From an uncultured Pseudomonadales bacterium (lineage in GTDB: Bacteria; Patescibacteriota; Microgenomatia; UBA1400; Chazhemtobacteraceae), in the NCBI GenBank assembly GCA_964618725.1, contig CAZUBK010000002.1, forward strand, positions 209,543 to 273,542: a DNA stretch of 64,000 nucleotides, in the 5' to 3' direction. The notes under the pieces were generated by a model. It searched no databases, was not told where the DNA came from, and saw only the letters and a list, made by a program, of their open reading frames with translations. This document shows, in pieces, positions 1 to 10,600 of this stretch. The first letter of the stretch is position 1. The number at the start of each line of letters is the position of its first letter. The position numbers and the translations under genes are program-made.

Positions 1-1
1 T

Positions 2-589
2 CTGAGTGGCTTAATCCCCAAGACTAGAACCTCTAACCCGATCTCTAAGATCTTGAGACCGTTGTTTGAGAACAGGAACATTAATAAAATCTTGGGAACC
101 AACTTAGCTGTTTTGACGTTAGTAACGGGTGCTTCTAGCATTCCGGTCAGCGCCTTGGGAGTAATCCCGGCACAAGCTGTTTACGCCAACACGATTGAGG
201 TAGAGGTACAGACTAACAAGACTGTCGCCTATCCTCTTGAGAAACCGCTTGGTATGTCTCAGGGCTATAACGTGTTCCACCCAGGAGTGGATATTAGAGC
301 TCCTTTAGGCTCTGAGATTTATCCGATTGCTCCTGGTGAAGTAACGTTGGTGGCCGCTGGCCGTTACGGCTACGGACACTATGTGGAGGTCACCCACGCT
401 GAGAACAAAGTTTCTTTGTATGCTCACATGGGTAAGATCTTCGTCGAAGAGGGTGACACAGTTACCCCAGCGACTGCTTTAGGTGAAGTTGGATTGACCG
501 GTAGAACTACTGGTCCCCACTTACACCTTGAGATTGCTCAAAACGGAAAGAAAATCAATCCGTTAACAGTGATTTCTAAAGCTAATTAA
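2..589 (+). CDS. M23 family metallopeptidase (5' end probably outside window)
   Basis: HPGVDI, YAHM and TTGPHLHLE zinc motifs of M23. Frame is open from base 2, upstream of the track start at 53. Confidence 0.9.
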   Translation: MSGLIPKTRTSNPISKILRPLFENRNINKILGTNLAVLTLVTGASSIPVSALGVIPAQAVYANTIEVEVQTNKTVAYPLEKPLGMSQGYNVFHPGVDIRAPLGSEIYPIAPGEVTLVAAGRYGYGHYVEVTHAENKVSLYAHMGKIFVEEGDTVTPATALGEVGLTGRTTGPHLHLEIAQNGKKINPLTVISKAN

Positions 590-601
590 TCCTTAAGGGA
601 T

Positions 602-636
602 TACGAGACCCCGCCAGAAATGGCGGGGTTTTCGTA
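602..636 (+). terminator. Rho-independent terminator
   Basis: tacgagaccccgcca-gaaa-tggcggggttttcgta hairpin right after the M23 stop. Confidence 0.8.
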
Positions 637-710
637 TCTTAGGATCCCCTACTTTGGAGTTGTCCAAGATTTGTTAGAAAATTAGATTGAAATAGCAAAC
701 AAAAGTAGGA

Positions 711-739
711 TGTGGAAAAGTAAGCTTTAGTGTGGAGAA
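711..739. promoter_or_regulatory. Two DnaA-box-like 9-mers in a convergent intergenic region
   Basis: TGTGGAAAA (711-719) and TGTGGAGAA (731-739), i.e. TTTTCCACA and TTCTCCACA on the minus strand. Confidence 0.35.
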
Positions 740-773
740 CTTATTGAGGCTGGAAGATAATCCCCTATTAGAC

Positions 774-800
774 AAGGAAAAACCGCCGGTTAAGGCGGTT
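774..800 (-). terminator. Terminator hairpin (ACCGCC family)
   Basis: aaccgcc-ggttaa-ggcggtt with T tract on the minus strand, just after the stop of 813..1280. Confidence 0.7.
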
Positions 801-812
801 GTAATACTAAAC

Positions 813-1280
813 TTATTGTCCGTGGAGCTTGTCATAAGATTGGCCGAAGTTAGGCTTTTTTTGCGAGCACTTCTTCTCAAGACGTTCTAAGAGGTAGGTA
901 AGATCCACGTCCGAGATCAGCTCGTCGGAGTGGAGCTGTCTTAGCTTCTTTTCGTGATCCGGTGCAGGACCTACTTCTAAGAGTTCGATCAAAAGTGCAA
1001 ATAGATTGAGGGTGCTGGATGGAAGCTGACGTCGAAAGGTGGCAACAAAGAGATCTGACGTAACAGATCGTTCTGATACTAGCTCCCAATTAAGAGCGTC
1101 AAGAATCGAAAGAACTTCTAGATAGTCTCTCTCAAACCAGATCTGCTCTTCTGATTGAGATGGATCAAAAAAGAGGGCGACTCTAACTTCGTGGGGTAAA
1201 TCAAGGAAGGTATTGTTAACTGACGATACAACATCAGGATCTGCTTCTACTGTGAGTTGAAGATATCTCCACTTTGACAT
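813..1280 (-). CDS. Hypothetical protein, N-terminal DUF4177-like pattern
   Basis: 155-aa ORF with AGGAG SD. KWRY...LNWELVS resembles the DUF4177 signature. Confidence 0.65.
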   Translation of the reverse strand: MSKWRYLQLTVEADPDVVSSVNNTFLDLPHEVRVALFFDPSQSEEQIWFERDYLEVLSILDALNWELVSERSVTSDLFVATFRRQLPSSTLNLFALLIELLEVGPAPDHEKKLRQLHSDELISDVDLTYLLERLEKKCSQKKPNFGQSYDKLHGQ

Positions 1281-1338
1281 TGAGTCTCCTTGGGATTATA
1301 TGTGTGCCCTATAATTCTAACATCTGAAAGGGGTTGGG

Positions 1339-1938
1339 TCAAGCATTATCAAGCGAGGCCCAGAGGAAGCGGCAGGCAAAACTGCGATATGGGGCCCAGG
1401 GTTGTGAGATCGCTAGGATTTTGTTCTTGTCTTCACGATCGATTCCATAGATTCTACTGATGGCTGTGCGGACACCAAGGTCACCAATTGAGAAGACGTC
1501 GGAGCGCCTAAGACTAAAGATGAGAAACATCTCGGCGGACCAAGGACCAAGACCTTTTATTGAAGTCAGTGTCTTGACTATTTCTTGGTCAGACAAATCC
1601 CTTATCTTTTCGAGGTTGAGATTCCCCTCTTCAATGGAGGTGGCGATGTTTTTGACATAATTGGCTTTGGAGTTACTAAGACCAACGGTCCGTAGGTGTT
1701 CGTGTGGAATATCAAGAACCTGTTTGGAAGTAGGACTGACCTCAAAGAGATCGAGGAAACGATGGTATATGGTATTAGCAGCGTGGAGGGAGAGTTGCTG
1801 ACCAGTAACGATCGCGATCAGGTCTAAAAAGAGGTTTGTCTGTCCACCCCAGTATTCTTTTAGTTCGTGGCTTTGGATGATTGGCTTTAGACTCAGATCT
1901 TTCTTGAGATGGAGTTTGGCTTTTTCTAAGTCAGACAT
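1339..1938 (-). CDS. alkA: DNA-3-methyladenine glycosylase II (HhH-GPD)
   Basis: GQQLS, GLSNSKANY, IKGLGPWSAEMFLIF HhH, D catalytic region, WAPYRS. Confidence 0.9.
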   Translation of the reverse strand: MSDLEKAKLHLKKDLSLKPIIQSHELKEYWGGQTNLFLDLIAIVTGQQLSLHAANTIYHRFLDLFEVSPTSKQVLDIPHEHLRTVGLSNSKANYVKNIATSIEEGNLNLEKIRDLSDQEIVKTLTSIKGLGPWSAEMFLIFSLRRSDVFSIGDLGVRTAISRIYGIDREDKNKILAISQPWAPYRSFACRFLWASLDNA

Positions 1939-1991
1939 AAAAGAGATTATATCCTACTCCAAAGAAAAGACGAAACACACCAGAGAACAAA

Positions 1992-2013
1992 AACAGCCAC
2001 GATTGTGGCTGTT
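1992..2013 (-). terminator. Terminator hairpin
   Basis: aacagccac-gatt-gtggctgtt downstream of 2028..2924. Confidence 0.65.
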
Positions 2014-2027
2014 AAATGGTAAGGGAT

Positions 2028-2924
2028 CTAGTCTGTATCCCGTTGACAGACGACGGTCATGATTAGATTGCGTAGGCGTGGAAGGATGCCTTTGAAGCTA
2101 AAAACATACAGTGTGTTGTTCTCACGGATTCCGAACATGATCCAATTTTGGTCATCGGAAAGAGATAAAGAAACCGGATCGGCTTCAAGTTTGACCTCTC
2201 CTAATGGAGTCGAGTATGTGTAGATCCCACCTGGAATTAATGTGCCAGCGAGGCTGTCTTGCAGAATGCGACACAGCTCATCTATCCTGCCCCGGAGCAC
2301 ATATATCTGATCATCATTTCTTTGCCGGGCGTGTTCAAGGATCTCTCGATCTAAATAGAGATTCTCCTCAACACTTGAGTTTTCAGATAGTTCATCAAAA
2401 CCAGACTTTGGTTCTGGATAGATGGTTAGAGTTACATTACGTTCGAGAAGTTGTCCAAAGGGATTATCTGTGTCCTGGACACGATCATGCCAGGACTCGA
2501 TGGTAACCCAAACAAGAAAACGGACACTGTCGGCAATGTTGTCTGAATACCAATCCCCCTTCTTCGTCTTCCATAAAATTGACCAAACAAAAGTTGGAGA
2601 GGAGCCAGGAGATAGGTAGATCGGCCATTCCAGATGTCGAATTACTCGATCTCTTGGGTCAATGGCAAATAGATGTTCTCCCTTGCGTTTTACCTGGCCG
2701 GAACGATTTTCGGCGAGACTAAACATGAAGCCCTTGTCACCATAGATTCCGATATTGTCGGCACGACGGTACATTAGATCACCGTCGGCCTCTTCCACCT
2801 TGATTATAAGAGTGTCTTTATATTCACCAGACGGTGTTAACTTGGGTTCCATTGGAGTATTGAGGATGGTTGTAACGAAGGGATACTGATTGATCAATGA
2901 TTGGTTACTAGACGAATCTGTCAT
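2028..2924 (-). CDS. Hypothetical protein (accessory cassette)
   Basis: 298-aa ORF with TATAAT (2976-2981), boxA-like GATCTTTAACA (2938-2948) and AGGAG SD upstream; no family recognised. Confidence 0.75.
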   Translation of the reverse strand: MTDSSSNQSLINQYPFVTTILNTPMEPKLTPSGEYKDTLIIKVEEADGDLMYRRADNIGIYGDKGFMFSLAENRSGQVKRKGEHLFAIDPRDRVIRHLEWPIYLSPGSSPTFVWSILWKTKKGDWYSDNIADSVRFLVWVTIESWHDRVQDTDNPFGQLLERNVTLTIYPEPKSGFDELSENSSVEENLYLDREILEHARQRNDDQIYVLRGRIDELCRILQDSLAGTLIPGGIYTYSTPLGEVKLEADPVSLSLSDDQNWIMFGIRENNTLYVFSFKGILPRLRNLIMTVVCQRDTD

Positions 2925-2979
2925 TTTTCTCCTCGAGTGTTAAAGATCTTATATTTCGACGTTGTGTCTCTTAGTATTA

Positions 2980-3066
2980 TATACCCAAGTAATTTGAGTT
3001 TGCATCCTGATATGTTGGGTATATACTCAAATTTTTTTGGGTGCAAATTAGAGTTATTTGGGTATA
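2980..3066. repeat. 87-bp nested imperfect palindrome
   Basis: Arms 2981-3007 and 3039-3065 pair, centre ttgggtat|atactcaa; four copies of an ATACYCAA 8-mer in alternating orientation. Confidence 0.8.
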
Positions 3067-3074
3067 AGACTTGT

Positions 3075-4121
3075 CTATTTGTAAATCAAGCTTCCATTGA
3101 AGTAGGTACGACGAATGTTGAGGGCAAAACCCCAATACCAAGGAATAAGAATTATCTTTCCTTTTTGTTGTTTCACCCAGATCCAACAGATATTACTAGG
3201 CTTACTTGGCCCGTCAACACGAGCGCCGAGGGAAGAAAAGGTCTGGGCAATACCATCCTCTAGACCAGTAGAACAGGAAGCTAAAGAGATACTTGGTTCT
3301 TCGACAAAGAATTTACCAATGGTCTTGAAACCAGGGCGTTTAATGTCACGAACGCGAAGTTGACGCCAAATTGGCTTGCCGGATGAGTTCTTGATGAGAC
3401 TTAGATAAATGGCATCCTTAGAGGCATGGCCTTCTACTACGGCAGCAGAGATGGGTCCATAGAGATTATGGAGTGTGTTGAGATGTTTGACAGCCTCACC
3501 GAAGGTTTCAGACTCGATGACTTTGATAGTGAAACGGTTTCTTGATTGAAGCCAGAGACTTAGACCGGCAAAATGGCCAAACCAGTAAGCGGCGCCATTA
3601 TGGTCACTACGTTGAAGCGACATAAGAAGAACGACGGGAAGTGTCCCCTTCTTTTCGTGATGGCATTGATTTAAGAGAATGGGGAGTGGATAGCGAGCAA
3701 AGATATTGATGCCAAAGTTGTTGGCAAGATATTTGGCGTTTCCCGGATTAGCTTCCTCGAGATGGCGAAGCCAGAGGAGGTTAGCATAGGTAGAAAGACG
3801 CCAGAAGCGAGGGTAGTGGTAAAAGCTATCAAACCAGGAGCGAAGGAGAAAGCGGCCATCGAGTCCGGGGTAACGATCATTGATATATTCACCGAAAGCA
3901 TGAGAAACGGCAACCTTGACGGGAGTGGTGCCATTTTTAATGAGATAGGTCAGTTCTTTGGCGAGTTGCCAGTCATTTAAAGTTGGCCACAGGGCAAGAG
4001 CTTTTTTTGAGTCGAAGACGGTAATACTAGGAGTAGGCAGTGTGCCGCGGAACCGAGAATGAAGCTTGTCTTTGTTTGTCTTGGCAAATTGAGAAAAAGA
4101 TGTGATCGTTTTGGTAACCAT
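3075..4121 (-). CDS. Hypothetical protein with putative caspase/hemoglobinase-fold (DUF4347-like) C-terminal domain
   Basis: 348 aa; hydrophobic strand-EGHAS and ISLASCSTG give a His-Cys dyad pattern. Confidence 0.6.
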   Translation of the reverse strand: MVTKTITSFSQFAKTNKDKLHSRFRGTLPTPSITVFDSKKALALWPTLNDWQLAKELTYLIKNGTTPVKVAVSHAFGEYINDRYPGLDGRFLLRSWFDSFYHYPRFWRLSTYANLLWLRHLEEANPGNAKYLANNFGINIFARYPLPILLNQCHHEKKGTLPVVLLMSLQRSDHNGAAYWFGHFAGLSLWLQSRNRFTIKVIESETFGEAVKHLNTLHNLYGPISAAVVEGHASKDAIYLSLIKNSSGKPIWRQLRVRDIKRPGFKTIGKFFVEEPSISLASCSTGLEDGIAQTFSSLGARVDGPSKPSNICWIWVKQQKGKIILIPWYWGFALNIRRTYFNGSLIYK

Positions 4122-4165
4122 GATACCTCACTTATGTTAAAGAACGTGTGGTTGGGATTATATAT

Positions 4166-4192
4166 CAAGAGAAACCGCCCGTGAGGGCGGTG
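4166..4192 (-). terminator. Terminator hairpin (ACCGCC family, copy 1 of flanking pair)
   Basis: caagagaaaccgccc-gtga-gggcggtg. Confidence 0.75.
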
Positions 4193-4196
4193 TAGA

Positions 4197-4586
4197 TTAG
4201 ATGAGCTTACTAATTAACTCGTCGGGGGTAGTGGCACTTTGTTTGAGGAGAACTCGACGAGCACGGTCAGGGTCATTGAGAGAATAAGAATAGATGGGTT
4301 TGCCTAAAGCGACGGCAAAACCTAGTTCAAGAGTGGTGCTAGTACCGATATAGTCATTCTGGTTGTAGATATAGACAATGTCGGCGAGGCGGATCTTATA
4401 GAAGTGATCATGAGTGAGACCAAGGAGAACGAAGTTCTTGTAGTAATCGCTCATATGAGACCACTCTTCCCCACCGGAGTGAAGATATGGCTCGTAGACA
4501 ACAATTCCTTTATCTTTCAACTCATTGGCAAAGGCACGGATTTGCTCTGTAAAGCGACGACTGCCACAGATGACGACAGATTTCAT
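4197..4586 (-). CDS. Nucleoside 2-deoxyribosyltransferase-like protein
   Basis: Real start taken as ATG 4586 (GGGAG SD). KIRLADIVY...IGTSTTLELGFAVALGKPIY is the NDT-like pattern. Confidence 0.75.
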   Translation of the reverse strand: MKSVVICGSRRFTEQIRAFANELKDKGIVVYEPYLHSGGEEWSHMSDYYKNFVLLGLTHDHFYKIRLADIVYIYNQNDYIGTSTTLELGFAVALGKPIYSYSLNDPDRARRVLLKQSATTPDELISKLI

Positions 4587-4623
4587 AAGACTCCCTTTCA
4601 AGGTGCGTGATGGAAAGATTGTA

Positions 4624-4651
4624 CAAGAAAACCGCCCTGTGAGGGGCGGTG
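4624..4651 (-). terminator. groEL terminator (ACCGCC family, copy 2 of flanking pair)
   Basis: caagaaaaccgccct-gtga-ggggcggtg after the groEL stop. Confidence 0.75.
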
Positions 4652-4672
4652 CTTCTGTATAGGCGAGGTTTT

Positions 4673-6337
<1,665 letters not shown>

Positions 6338-6372
6338 TTAACATCCCTCGCTTGCTCGAGATGACCTGAAGG

Positions 6373-6759
6373 TCATTTCACGATGGCGAGGATATCATCA
6401 AACTTGAGGAATTGGTATTCCGTGTCCCCAATCTTGACTTCGTTACCGCCCCATTTCTTGTAGATGACTCGTTGACCCATCTTAGCGGGGGCAGTGATCT
6501 CCTTACCGTCCTGATAGATGGCATCCCCTATCGCCAAGACGGTGCCATATTGGGGCTTGTCGTCGTGAGAGTCGGGAAGGTAAATACCAGAAACGGTTTG
6601 TTTTTGAGACTCGGCGGGTTCTACGAGTAGATAGCCGGGGGTGGGTTGAAGATTGGTAACACTAAGCTCAGTGGATTTCACATTATTTTTGGTTTTGTTT
6701 GTGTTCAACCCCATTTCACGGGATTTCACATTATTTTTGGTTTTGTTTGTGTTCAACAT
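6373..6759 (-). CDS. groES: Co-chaperonin GroES with duplicated N-terminal extension
   Basis: LQPTPGYLLVEP...SGIYLPD...GTVLAIG...KKWGGNEVK...DDILAIV; start ATG 6759 uncertain. Confidence 0.95.
   Translation of the reverse strand: MLNTNKTKNNVKSREMGLNTNKTKNNVKSTELSVTNLQPTPGYLLVEPAESQKQTVSGIYLPDSHDDKPQYGTVLAIGDAIYQDGKEITAPAKMGQRVIYKKWGGNEVKIGDTEYQFLKFDDILAIVK
6673..6757. repeat. 37-bp perfect direct repeat x2 (period 48)
   Basis: ggatttcacattatttttggttttgtttgtgttcaac at 6673-6709 and 6721-6757. Confidence 0.95.
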
Positions 6760-6824
6760 ATTTTTTGACAAAAAAGTAATTTGTAATTAATTTACAGACA
6801 GATTTTGGGTGGGACAGGAATAGT

Positions 6825-6887
6825 TTAGCAGTTCTGGCAAGAGAATGCTACGACTGCTATTTTGTAGAAAAAGTTTTCTGGTGTCAA
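6825..6887 (-). promoter_or_regulatory. groESL sigma70 promoter plus CIRCE (HrcA operator)
   Basis: TTGACA (6882-6887)-N17-CAAAAT (6859-6864). GTAGCATTC-N9-AACTGCTAA (6825-6851) versus CIRCE TTAGCACTC-N9-GAGTGCTAA. Confidence 0.75.
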
Positions 6888-6894
6888 GAGGGAC

Positions 6895-7605
6895 TTAGTC
6901 GAGATTGGGCTTGCGTTTTTTGTCCAGACAGTCAGATTGGAGATTGGAGTTACACGGAGATGATGTGGGGACGACTTGGTCTGGGGACTTGGAAGCTGGT
7001 TGGGTAAGATGAATCCAGTCAACTCGAGCACTGCCTTTGTCTGAGGGGCCAGAGAGGTACAAAGTAAGACCAGTGAGTTTCTTCTCAATCAAACTATCTG
7101 GGAGGGTGACTTCGTAATCGGAAAACTGGTTATTCATCGTGCCCTGAAAAGAAAGGAGAGCCTGGGGTTCCCTTTGACCTTCGTAGCGGACCTCAAAGCT
7201 ACCCGTGAAGGGGAGAAAGTTAGGGGTGCTGGTAGGGCGAGGATTATTAATATCAAAGACTGGTTCGTTGACGGAAAGGTAGATTTTAATTTTGGTATCT
7301 TTTTTGATAGTTAAGAAAGCCTTGGTGTTGTAAGTGAGGGGGAGATATTGATTGGTTAGAAGCAAATATCCTCTACTAACAGGTGGTTTAAGTGGAGAAG
7401 AAGGATCATTGCCACCAAGCCAGCCTTCAGAATTAGAACCATTAAACTCCCAGGCACGGACGGTGGCCTCATTTGTTGTACCAGCTTTGCTGCGGAGTTC
7501 AAAGAGATCAACTCCAGAACTGGTGAGGATGACAGTAATAGACAAAATAAAAAGAAGAGCGACTATTAGGGAGAGGGTGGACTTGGTTATGTTTTTAGTA
7601 CTCAT
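6895..7605 (-). CDS. Membrane-anchored hypothetical protein, possible carbohydrate-binding beta-sandwich
   Basis: N-terminal TM, RSKA motif, WEFNG..EGW...VDWIHL pattern. Confidence 0.6.
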   Translation of the reverse strand: MSTKNITKSTLSLIVALLFILSITVILTSSGVDLFELRSKAGTTNEATVRAWEFNGSNSEGWLGGNDPSSPLKPPVSRGYLLLTNQYLPLTYNTKAFLTIKKDTKIKIYLSVNEPVFDINNPRPTSTPNFLPFTGSFEVRYEGQREPQALLSFQGTMNNQFSDYEVTLPDSLIEKKLTGLTLYLSGPSDKGSARVDWIHLTQPASKSPDQVVPTSSPCNSNLQSDCLDKKRKPNLD

Positions 7606-7685
7606 GGATTGAGAATAGCATAAAAAAGAAAGTGGGGGTCAAGTACCAATTTGTGGAGGGAAGCGGACCAAACGGATCCGCCTTT

Positions 7686-10600
7686 TTATTCTTCATTTTC
7701 GATTTCGTAGTCTAGGACAGAACTGGCCTTAGGAGGAAGTGGTTTAGGTGGAGGGGCGGTGTGTGGGGACGAGCCATTAAGAAGATTGGCTTGCTTCAAT
7801 TGTTCGAGGGCATTAAGAGTAATCCTCAATTTGCCGCCGGTAGTGCCTGACTTAAGTGTCTTGACTGCTTGGTCAAAGTTAAACCATAAAAGGTCATCGT
7901 ATTCGGGGGTGGGAGCTTGAAGCTTCGCGGGGTCACAAGGAGTGGTGAGGAAGTAGTAGTGTTTGCCCTTCATTGTTAGTTTTTCACCGGAATCGGTAGC
8001 CAGCTGATCTCCTCCTTGTTTGTCGGGTGGAAACTCAATCTTGTCTTGGCTGATAAGGGTAAGAGTGGGGGTAAAAGAGTCTAAGAAAGCGGCACTGAGT
8101 TCCTGCGACATCTTTTGGGTAAAGGCGCTTGGAAGAGTATGCTTATTCTCTACTCCGCCTTGGGGTAGTTGCCAGAGGTTGTGTTTCTTGTGGTGGACGA
8201 GGAGAATTTGTTGGTTGTGAAGGAAACAACCGACAACGGTGGGGCGAAAACCGGTGAGCCGAATCGAGTCGAGATCAGAAAGAGTGGGTAGACTCTGAAA
8301 AGATCGCTTGACAGGAGAGGCTGTTGGCTGAGAAGGATGAGAAACTGGCAGGGGGGGCAGTTTGGGAAGTGGAGGGTGGATGGAAGGTTGAGAAGCTGAT
8401 GGAGTTTTTGTTTGCGGCGCTTCCTCGACTTTCATAGTGAGATTAATGCGGTTCTCGGCGTCGATCTCCATGACTTTGACTTTGACTTCTTCGCCCTCTT
8501 TGAGGACTTCAGTGGGATTCTTGACAAACTTTTTACCCATTTGAGAAACGTGGACTAGGCCCTCAAGGCCGGGAATTATCTCGACAAAGGCACCGTAATC
8601 TTTGAGACTAGTAACTTTGCCGGCATAGATGTCGCCGGCTTTGATTTGAGTGATTAATTCTGCCTTTTTGGCTTCGCGGTCAACTTTGCTTATGGGAAGC
8701 GGTTTCGGCGGAGCAGGAGGAATGAGTTCGCGAAGGCTTTGAACGTGAATGTCGCCTTTTTGACGAGTGAATTGTAAACGAGAACGGTCAATAACTTTTT
8801 GACGATTGTTGGTGCGTAATTCTGGCTCTGGAGGGATGGTATAAGCCGGGAAAGGGCTACTAATGCGGTTCTCGATGGCGACTTTGTTAATGATCTGGTG
8901 TTTGCCTAAGTTGACTAAGTCGTCCTGGGTATATAGTGCCCCATACTCCCCGATGAGACGAGTGGCATCATCAGCACCGACGACAAAGCTAACGATGGTA
9001 CCGACATTACCAAAGACGGCTTTCTGAATCGGTTCTTCGAGTTGAGCAGTATATTGGTTGGCAAGAACCAGACCGAGACGATATTTTCTGGCTTCGGAGA
9101 GGATCTTGATGAAGGAAGTAGTGGCAAAATTCTGGAACTCATCGACATAGAGAAAGAAGTCGATGCGCTGCTCTTCGGGAACATTGATACGGTTCATGGC
9201 GGCAAGTTGGAACTGGGTAATGAACATGGCACCAAGGAGAGCGGCATTCTCTTCCCCCACTTTACCCTGAGAGAGGTTGACGAGGACGATCTTTTTGGTG
9301 TTCATGAGCTCCTCGATGTTGACGGTGGACTTGGGGTAGCCGACGATAGAGCGGATTTTAGGACTGGCGATGAACTGGCCGACTTTGTTCAAGATCGGGG
9401 CAATGGCTTCGTTTCTGAATTTGTCGTTGTAGGCGTTATATTCAGTGTTCCAGAAGTCGTGAATGACACGGTTCTCTTCTTGATCGACTTTTTCCAAGAT
9501 GGCGGCACGGAAGGCGTCGTCGGTAAGAAGGCGAGGCAAGTCAAGGAAGGTACTGCCGGGGACTTCTACCAGAGTGGCAAGGGTGTTTCGTAGAATGTAC
9601 TCCATACGAGCTGACCAGACGTTGGCCCAGAGTTTGGTAAAGATGCTCATAATGTTACTAACAGTGAGATCCTTGTATTCTGGTTTTAGAACCTCAAGAG
9701 GATTGATGTGAAAGGGGTGATCGGTAATGGAAGGATCCAGGTAGACAACGTCTTGTATGCGATGATCGGGGATGTAATCGAGAAGAATACCTTCGACAAG
9801 GTCACCGTGGGGATCAATGACGGCTAACCCCTGACCTTTATAAATGTCATCGATAGCCATTTTAGCGATGAGAGTAGACTTACCAGTACCAGACTTCCCA
9901 ATGGAGTAAAAGTGGCGGCGACGGTCACCGAGTTTAAGGCCGTAGACCATCATTCTGTTTTTATACTCTGTCTTGGCATAGAAAGTGATCTCTTCCCGCT
10001 CGGCTTGAGTCAAATTATCATCAACGGGAAGATTGTCGGGCGGCTCCCCTTTCATGGTTTTACCCCAAGTAAGGTTACGAAGACCAGTATTTAGTTCGCC
10101 GGGGAAATGGTAGAGACTGGCGAGTTCTTGAATGTTGAGGTATTGGTTACGGGGAAGAAACAGGGGGGAACGATCAATCATCGACTGGACGAAGAGGGCT
10201 TTGTTTCTGACTTTAGTGAATTTAAGAGCATTACTGTCGGCTTGAGCGTAGGCGCCGAAAGAACTGGCTATCTGGAGAAGGATGTCTTCGGCGTGATTAG
10301 GAGTTTTGGCAATGCCAAGGAGGCGAATAGATACATGAAAGGCCTTGTTTTTAAGTTTCTCTTCAATGACGGCTTGTTGAGGATGAGCCTTAAAGACGGT
10401 TGGATCGAGACTGACTCCGCGTTTGATGACATTGCGGCCAATCCGACTCCAGTTGTTTGGCGCTTTGGTAAGGAGAATCTGGATAATAGCGGCGGTACCA
10501 TAGGGAAGACGACCCATGACGCCTAAATACCCTGAAATAGGGTCAGTGGTGGCAAACTTATCATATGTTTTGAGAGGGAAATAGTGAGGTGAGGCAAGAG

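Noticed and set aside
2980-3066. Canonical integron attC site
   Set aside because: No RYYYAAC...GTTRRRY core ends and no intI in the window; kept only as an unexplained palindrome
6673-6757. 37-bp direct repeat as a CRISPR array
   Set aside because: Only two copies with an 11-bp spacer, in frame within groES, and no cas genes
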